This document shows positions 55,905 through 62,083 of a stretch of DNA of 62,083 bases, one piece after another; within the stretch, counting starts at the first letter, position 1; each line of letters starts with the position of its first letter. The DNA comes from Acidimicrobiia bacterium (GTDB lineage Bacteria; Actinomycetota; Acidimicrobiia; Spongiisociales; JAENVV01), in assembly GCA_041577335.1 (NCBI GenBank), contig JBFGJH010000013.1, forward strand, positions 1 to 62,083, given 5' to 3'. A program made the translations under genes and the position numbers. Under the pieces are notes generated by a model. That model worked only from the letters and a program-made list of their open reading frames with translations. It did no database searches and had not been told where the DNA came from.

Positions 55905-57136
55905 CCTGGATCCCGACCCACGGCACCACGTTCCCTGGGCACGCGTTGCCGTATGGGGCGTTCCGGCGTAACGAGGAACGGCGACTTGGCGTCGCCATTG
56001 GCAGGCAGATCCTCGACCTCCATTCTGCCTCGGAGGATGGGCTCTTCGACCCCCAGCATGCCGCCCTCCTTCAGACCGGGCGCCTCAACGAGCTCTTGGC
56101 CGCAGGCCGGATCACTTGGAGCGCAGTTCGTGCCCGGATCCTCCAGCTGATCAACGACCACAGTAACGCCATTCAGGTCCGTCCCCACCTGCTCGACCAG
56201 GACGGCGTGGACCTCGTCTTGGCATGGGACGTTGCCGATTACGTCGACTTCTACTCGTCGCGCCAGCACGCCGAAAATCTCGGCCGTATGTTTCGTCCCG
56301 ACGCACCCCCGTTGCTCGAAAACTGGCTTTGGCTGCCGGTCGCCTACCACGGGCGAGCCGGCACCGTCGTGGTCAGCGGGACTCCAATCGTGCGCCCGGC
56401 AGGGCAAATCCGCAACCCGGCGGGGGGGGCAATCTTCGCTCCGACCGGACGCCTGGATATCGAGCTGGAACTCGGATTCGTTCTCGGGGGAACAACGCGG
56501 TTGGGTGAGACAGTGCCGACCAGCGCCGCGGCCGATCACATCTTCGGGGTTGTGCTCCTCAATGATTGGTCAGCACGCGATATTCAAGCCTGGGAGTACG
56601 TGCCGCTCGGCCCGAACTTGGGCAAGTCGTTCGCTTCATCGGTATCGGCGTGGGTGCTGCCTATCGAGGCATTGGAGGATGCTCGCGTCATGCACCCCGC
56701 TCAGACGGATCCGGTTCCGCTCCCGTACCTGGAAAGCGATCAGCCGTGGGGCCTCGACCTGGACCTGGAAGTCTGGCTGCAGCCCGCAGGTCAGCCAGAA
56801 CCGGTTCGAGTGACGGCGGTCAACGCATCCACGGGGCTCTACTGGACGGCCGAACAGCAACTCGCCCACATGACCGTCAACGGCGCCACAGTGCGATCCG
56901 GCGATTTCTTCGGCTCGGGCACGATCTCTGGCTCCTCGCCAGGGGAATTCGGAAGCTTGATCGAGATGACCTTCAATGGCACTAAACCGCTCGAGGTGGG
57001 AGAGACCGTCAGAACCTTCCTCGAAGATGGCGACCGAGTGATCCTGCGCGGAAGCGCCGGAACCGGCTCCGATCGTGTATATCTAGGCGAAGTCGATGGG
57101 ACGGTGGTCGAAGTGCTCGAATCTGGAGCGATGTGA
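55901..57136 (+). CDS. fahA: Fumarylacetoacetase
   Basis: DYVDFYSSRQHA, LPVAYHGRA, LDIELE, NDWSARDIQAWEYVPLGP, GSGTISG. Confidence 0.95.
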   Translation: MTWIPTHGTTFPGHALPYGAFRRNEERRLGVAIGRQILDLHSASEDGLFDPQHAALLQTGRLNELLAAGRITWSAVRARILQLINDHSNAIQVRPHLLDQDGVDLVLAWDVADYVDFYSSRQHAENLGRMFRPDAPPLLENWLWLPVAYHGRAGTVVVSGTPIVRPAGQIRNPAGGAIFAPTGRLDIELELGFVLGGTTRLGETVPTSAAADHIFGVVLLNDWSARDIQAWEYVPLGPNLGKSFASSVSAWVLPIEALEDARVMHPAQTDPVPLPYLESDQPWGLDLDLEVWLQPAGQPEPVRVTAVNASTGLYWTAEQQLAHMTVNGATVRSGDFFGSGTISGSSPGEFGSLIEMTFNGTKPLEVGETVRTFLEDGDRVILRGSAGTGSDRVYLGEVDGTVVEVLESGAM

Positions 57137-57215
57137 TGATCCGTACGTGGATGGCCACAACTGCCATCATTCGGATGGCGCCGCGGCGTCGCCTGAACCA
57201 AAGGGGAGGTAGCCA

Positions 57216-59876
57216 GTGACGTGGGTGTATCCGTTCAACACTGATGAGCCCGTTGACCGCGACATTCTCGGCGGTAAAGGTGCGGGACTTGTCGAGATGC
57301 GTCGAGCCGGCTTCCCGGTACCTCCGGGTTTTGTGATCAGTACAAGCGCCTGCCTGGCGTACACCGCGGCACATGGCGTGGCTCCCGAGGAACTGTGGGA
57401 TGAAGTGGCCGTCGGCATCGCCAGCCTCGAATCGGTTACCGGCAAGACCTTCGGCGGCGCAACCGATCCTCTGCTGCTGTCGGTTCGTTCAGGCGCAGCC
57501 GTCTCGATGCCCGGCATGATGGATACCGTCCTCAATCTGGGCCTGAACGACACCACGGTCGAGGCGCTCGCCAAGCAAACCGGAGACTCCGATTTTGCAT
57601 GGCAGTCGTACCGACGATTCGTTCACATGTTCGGCGAGATTGTCTTCCGCGTTCCATCCGAGCGCCTTTCCGCCGCAGTCGCGACTGCCCATGGATCGGC
57701 CGAGCCCGACGCGGCATCCGACCAGGTTGCTACCGCTCGACTCAAGATGATCATCGAGGGACATGCCAGCCGGCCCGTTCCGCAAGATCCAGTCGAGCAG
57801 CTGCATCTCGCAATCGCTGCGGTCTTCGACTCCTGGGACGGACGCCGTGCCGTCGACTATCGACGCGTTCACGGAATTTCCGACGCGCTCGGCACCGCCG
57901 TCAGCGTACAAACAATGGTGTTCGGCAACTCCGGGAAAGGGTCTGGAACGGGCGTGGCGTTCACGCGCGACCCCGGCACGGGCGAACGAAAGATGTATGG
58001 GGAGTACCTCGACAACGCTCAGGGCGAAGATGTTGTCGCTGGGATTCGCACGCCCCTATCCCTCGACGTGATGGCTACCGAGATGCCGGACGTGCATCAA
58101 CAGCTGCTTGACATCTCGGGCCGACTCGAAAGCCACTACCGAGATATGCAAGATATCGAGTTCACGGTGGAACGCGGAAAGCTGTGGATGTTGCAGACCC
58201 GCTCAGGCAAACGGTCCGCAAGAGCCGCCATCCGCATCGCGGTCGAGCTCTTCGACGAGAAGATCATCAGCCGAGAGGAAGCGGTGTTGCGAGTCACCCC
58301 CGACAGGCTCGAAGAGTTGCTCCACCCGGTTGTGCACGCGTCTACCGATGATGTTGTGCTGGCCCGCGGGCTGGCCGCGTCCCCTGGCGGCGCCTCGGGC
58401 GTGGTGGTGTTCGACGCCGACGAGGCGGTGGAGCTCGCCGAGGAGGGCAAGAAAGTCGTGCTGGTTCGTCACGAGACAAGTCCTGACGACTTCCATGGCA
58501 TGGTGGCGGCCCAAGCAATCGTCACCACCCGCGGCGGTGTGACCTCGCACGCTGCGGTGGTCGCACGCGGCATGGGGAAGAGTTGTGTGGTCGGGTGCGA
58601 AGACATCGAGGTCGACTACGCCGAACAGCTATTCCACACACCGAAAGCCGAGATCACGAAGGGCGACTGGGTCACGGTCGATGGCACTACCGGCGCTGTG
58701 TACCTCGGCGAGGTCGAGACCGTGTCACCCGAGCTCGACGACAACTACTCGACGCTCATGGGATGGGCCGACGAATTCCGCGAGCTGGCGGTCCGTGCCA
58801 ACGCTGACACCCCGGTCGATGCCGCACGGGCGCGCGAACTCGGCGCCGAAGGCATCGGCCTATGCCGCAGTGAGCACATGTTCTTTGGTGATGACCGCAC
58901 TGCAGCAATGCGGGAGATGATCATGGCCCCCAATGCCATCGCTCGCGCCGACGCACTCACGCAACTAGCCCCTCTGCAGGCAAAGGACTATGCCGGGATC
59001 TTCGAGGCAATGGACGGGTTCCCCGTAACCGTCCGCCTCCTCGATCCGCCCCTTCATGAGTTCCTCCCAGACCGCCATGAGACGATCATGGAGATCACGA
59101 ACCTCAAGCTGCGCCTCAGGAAGGCCTCCAGCCTCGAAGCTATCAACACGCTGCTCGGCCGGATCAACGAGCTCGAGACGGTGCTTGATCGGATCGAGCG
59201 TTTGTCCGAAGCCAATCCCATGCTCGGCCACCGCGGGTGCCGGCTCGGGATTGCCTACCCGGAGATCACCGAAATGCAGGCTCGCGCCATCTTCACGGCG
59301 GCCGTGCAATGCGCCGACAAGGGCATTGCAGTGTTCCCCGAGGTGATGGTCCCACTGGTCGCCTTCGAGTCCGAGTTCGTTTCGCAGTCGGCGCTGGTTC
59401 GGGAGACGGCCGAGAAGGTCTTCGCCGAACTCGGTGCGTCGGTTGACTACGCAGTCGGCACGATGATCGAATTGCCTCGCGCCGCACTGGTTGCGGGTCG
59501 AATCGCAGAGCACGCGGAATTCTTTTCGTTCGGCACCAACGACTTGACCCAGAGCACTGTCGGTCTCTCGCGCGATGACGCCGGCCGATTCTTGCCCGGT
59601 TACATCCGGCGTGGCCTCATCGATGCCGACCCCTTCAGGTCGATCGATAGAGAGGGCGTCGGCGAGCTCGTGTCGATCGGCGTCGAACGGGGCCGAAAGA
59701 CCAAACCGGACCTCAAGATCGGGGTGTGCGGAGAGCACGGTGGAGATCCGTCGTCGGTTGCGTTCTTCCATGAGATCGGCCTCGACTATGTCAGCTCGTC
59801 ACCGTTCCGCGTTCCGATCGCGCGGTTGGCCGCAGCGCACGTGTCGCTCCAATCGCGCACGAGCAGCGACGCCTGA
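57216..59876 (+). CDS. ppdK: Pyruvate, phosphate dikinase
   Basis: GGKGAGL, SVRSGA..SMPGMMDT, GGVTSHAAVVAR, FSFGTNDLTQ, CGEHGG. Confidence 0.97.
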   Translation: MTWVYPFNTDEPVDRDILGGKGAGLVEMRRAGFPVPPGFVISTSACLAYTAAHGVAPEELWDEVAVGIASLESVTGKTFGGATDPLLLSVRSGAAVSMPGMMDTVLNLGLNDTTVEALAKQTGDSDFAWQSYRRFVHMFGEIVFRVPSERLSAAVATAHGSAEPDAASDQVATARLKMIIEGHASRPVPQDPVEQLHLAIAAVFDSWDGRRAVDYRRVHGISDALGTAVSVQTMVFGNSGKGSGTGVAFTRDPGTGERKMYGEYLDNAQGEDVVAGIRTPLSLDVMATEMPDVHQQLLDISGRLESHYRDMQDIEFTVERGKLWMLQTRSGKRSARAAIRIAVELFDEKIISREEAVLRVTPDRLEELLHPVVHASTDDVVLARGLAASPGGASGVVVFDADEAVELAEEGKKVVLVRHETSPDDFHGMVAAQAIVTTRGGVTSHAAVVARGMGKSCVVGCEDIEVDYAEQLFHTPKAEITKGDWVTVDGTTGAVYLGEVETVSPELDDNYSTLMGWADEFRELAVRANADTPVDAARARELGAEGIGLCRSEHMFFGDDRTAAMREMIMAPNAIARADALTQLAPLQAKDYAGIFEAMDGFPVTVRLLDPPLHEFLPDRHETIMEITNLKLRLRKASSLEAINTLLGRINELETVLDRIERLSEANPMLGHRGCRLGIAYPEITEMQARAIFTAAVQCADKGIAVFPEVMVPLVAFESEFVSQSALVRETAEKVFAELGASVDYAVGTMIELPRAALVAGRIAEHAEFFSFGTNDLTQSTVGLSRDDAGRFLPGYIRRGLIDADPFRSIDREGVGELVSIGVERGRKTKPDLKIGVCGEHGGDPSSVAFFHEIGLDYVSSSPFRVPIARLAAAHVSLQSRTSSDA

Positions 59877-59885
59877 CCGAATCAG

Positions 59886-60359
59886 TCAGAGGCTCTGGAA
59901 CGTCGAATCGGGATTGCCGGCGAAGACGTCGGGCAGCACGGTGCGAGCTATGAGATTCATCTCGGGTCCGATTTCGTTCTGGGCGAAGTAACGCAGCGCT
60001 TCGACCTCGACGCCATCGGGCCGTAACTCGCCGCCCACGACCTCACATGAGAACACCGTCGAGACGTACGCGACTTCGTCGCCGTTGGGGTAGCTGACAA
60101 AGAAATCCTCGCCGCCATATACGCCGACGATGCGCACCGGCGCGACCACCAAACCGCATTCCTCGACGGCTTCGCGGCACACTGCTTCAGCGGGCGTCTC
60201 CCCTGGCTCGATCGCGCCCCCGACGAGGCCCCACGTGGTGCGTTCGAACTGACGGCACAAGAGCACCCTGCCCGCGTCGTCTTGCACGATTGCCGACACC
60301 GATGGGATGAGTAGCCGGCGCTGTCCGACAGCCTGGCGCATCTCCGAGATGTAGTCCAC
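59886..60359 (-). CDS. NUDIX hydrolase
   Basis: GGAIEPGETPAEAVCREAVEECG Nudix box. Confidence 0.92.
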   Translation of the reverse strand: MDYISEMRQAVGQRRLLIPSVSAIVQDDAGRVLLCRQFERTTWGLVGGAIEPGETPAEAVCREAVEECGLVVAPVRIVGVYGGEDFFVSYPNGDEVAYVSTVFSCEVVGGELRPDGVEVEALRYFAQNEIGPEMNLIARTVLPDVFAGNPDSTFQSL

Positions 60360-60389
60360 CTAGCCACGCTACTGGCTACCCCCGCGCCG

Positions 60390-61169
60390 CTAGTAGATCG
60401 AATCCGATGGGCCGGCGGTCTCGCTCCTGACAATGGCCATATCCTCTCTGAGCTTGGTGCGGAGAGAAACGAGATCGGCAACGACGGTCACCATTCGGAA
60501 CCCTTGCTGGCGGCGTTGAGGAAGCAAGCCGGCACTGGCATGGATCCCAGGCACCACTCCGTGCTTGTTACACGCCGCCACGACCGTCGCCAGTGCCTCG
60601 TTGAGAAGCGGCCCGTTCGTAGCCGGGCGCTCGCCGAGGCTGATAGCCAGGTCCGACGGCCCAACGTAGATCGAATCGATGCCCGCAACGCTCAGGATCT
60701 CGTCGAGGTTGGCCACCGCCTCGACGGTCTCGACCATCGCGACGCAGGTGATCTGGTCATTGGCCCACTCGAAGTAGTCGGCGCCCTCGATCGCCATCGC
60801 CCGCCCGGGTCCGAAGCTTCTTGCTCCGGCCGGCGGGTATCTCGTGGCAGCTACGGCTTCCTCCGCCTCTGCTCGAGTGTTGATCATCGGCACGATGACA
60901 CCCATGGCTCCGGCGTCGAGAGCCTTGCCGATCTGCTCCGAGCCCTTCCAGGGGACTCTCACCAGCGGCGTGGCTCGGCCGCGGGTGAGGGCCTGCAGCA
61001 TGGGAAGCGCTGCGTCGTAGCTCATCAGGCCATGTTGGGTGTCGATACAGACGTAGTCGAGGTCGAGCCCGGCCATGGCTTCGGCGCTCACCGAGGAGGG
61101 AATGGACAGCCAGCCGCCGAGCGCCAACGCTCCCGAGGAAAAGGACTCGCGAAACGGGTTGGGTTGCAT
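60390..61169 (-). CDS. HpcH/HpaI aldolase family protein
   Basis: IDTQHG, LVRVP, KALDAGA, MVET, YVGPSDL. Confidence 0.9.
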   Translation of the reverse strand: MQPNPFRESFSSGALALGGWLSIPSSVSAEAMAGLDLDYVCIDTQHGLMSYDAALPMLQALTRGRATPLVRVPWKGSEQIGKALDAGAMGVIVPMINTRAEAEEAVAATRYPPAGARSFGPGRAMAIEGADYFEWANDQITCVAMVETVEAVANLDEILSVAGIDSIYVGPSDLAISLGERPATNGPLLNEALATVVAACNKHGVVPGIHASAGLLPQRRQQGFRMVTVVADLVSLRTKLREDMAIVRSETAGPSDSIY

Positions 61170-61245
61170 GGCGGCATTCTGCCACTCCAGGTGACGGAGA
61201 GCCGAGCTCCCTCACCGATGGCAGAATCAGCGGCCCTCCGTGGAC

Positions 61246-61902
61246 TCATCCGTCGTCGCCTGGCGGACCTCCGCCGAGTCCTCGGCCATCACCAGGCCCG
61301 AAACCGGCGACGATGTACGAACACTCATCTTGGGCGGCCTGGAACTTGGGGTCGGAGGGATCGATATCGCCGAATGGCCCACCACCACCCTCGCCACCGG
61401 CGCCGGGGCCAAGCGCGGTGAAGTCGGGGTCTTCCATCTCTTCATAACCGTTGTCCCTCATGCACTGGGCGAAGGCCAGCAGATTGTCTTGCAGGGCGGT
61501 CTGATCGACCTCGCGGAAGCCGAGCGCAGCTCCTTCGAACTCGGCGGAGCAGGCTTCACGGGCGGCCCCAAGCGTGTCCCGATCCTCGTCCGAAACCTGG
61601 CCGGGCTCCTGCCCGCCGAAGCGACCGAACACGAGGTTTCCATCGGCGTCAACGGTCGGGTCCTCCATGTCGACGCCGTTCTCCCGCATACATTGGGCAA
61701 ACGCCAACAGAGCTTCCTCTTGAGTGAGCTCGGTCTCGGTTTCGGCGTCCTCGGCCGCCTGCCCGGCCTGGTCGTCGGCCGCAACCCCATTCGACGACTG
61801 GCCGTCAAGGCTCGCAACGCCCTCCGCTTCCGCATTTCCCGACCCACACGCCCCCAGCACCAAGAGGAGGCCGATCAGCACTGCCATGAATCGCCCGTTC
61901 AC
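61246..61902 (-). CDS. Lipoprotein with duplicated AFAQCMRxNG domain
   Basis: Lipobox LGAC; two LLAFAQCMR(E/D)NG...DP repeats. Confidence 0.8.
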   Translation of the reverse strand: MNGRFMAVLIGLLLVLGACGSGNAEAEGVASLDGQSSNGVAADDQAGQAAEDAETETELTQEEALLAFAQCMRENGVDMEDPTVDADGNLVFGRFGGQEPGQVSDEDRDTLGAAREACSAEFEGAALGFREVDQTALQDNLLAFAQCMRDNGYEEMEDPDFTALGPGAGGEGGGGPFGDIDPSDPKFQAAQDECSYIVAGFGPGDGRGLGGGPPGDDG

Positions 61903-61998
61903 ATTTCACTCTCCGAGCAACGACGAAGACATGTTCCCCAACGGACCTTGGAGGAAGCTGAGATCTGGCGTCAGGCCACGTGAGACTGTCCCAACCGC

Positions 61999-62083
61999 GG
62001 TGTCCTGGGCGGCATCCATCTGCGGCTGCCGTTTTTCGTCGCCGCCGCCCTGGCGCTGGTCAACTGGCTCTACGGCTTCTTCA
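61999..62083 (+). pseudogene. Internal fragment of a TetA/TCR-like MFS transporter
   Basis: GVLGGIHLRLPFFVAAALALVNWLYGFF resembles mid-protein TM5-6; in-frame stop at 61981-61983 upstream, no N-terminal half. Confidence 0.5.

Overview
High-GC actinobacterial chromosome segment. The gene set (mshA, rsiG, MenJ-like reductase) suggests Acidimicrobiia or a relative, which is an inference. The left half is a respiratory region: a complete nuoA-N operon with two hairpin-rich intergenic inserts, a MenJ-like reductase, rex with an operator over its own start, and a b6-type split Rieske/cytochrome b operon that includes a 2[4Fe-4S] ferredoxin. Divergent from it is a cbb3-like trio whose CcoN homologue appears to lack all six His metal ligands. 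Three proteins from these two divergent operons share a ~30-aa N-terminal motif, suggesting an undescribed respiratory supercomplex. At 31.3-33.9 kb, two candidate small RNAs with the same GNRA terminal hairpin flank a DUF62 SAM enzyme and a Clp1-like RNA kinase. One RNA sits behind a WhiG/sigma28-type promoter; the other sits behind a sigmaA promoter and a DnaA-box cluster. rsiG lies nearby. The right half is mostly housekeeping and accessory genes: mshA, fluC, ppa, kup, flotillin/NfeD, a dehalogenase, a cobalamin riboswitch with btuFCD-cobO, fahA and ppdK. No rRNA, tRNA, CRISPR array or transposase was seen. All calls come from visual motif recognition; no database searches were run.
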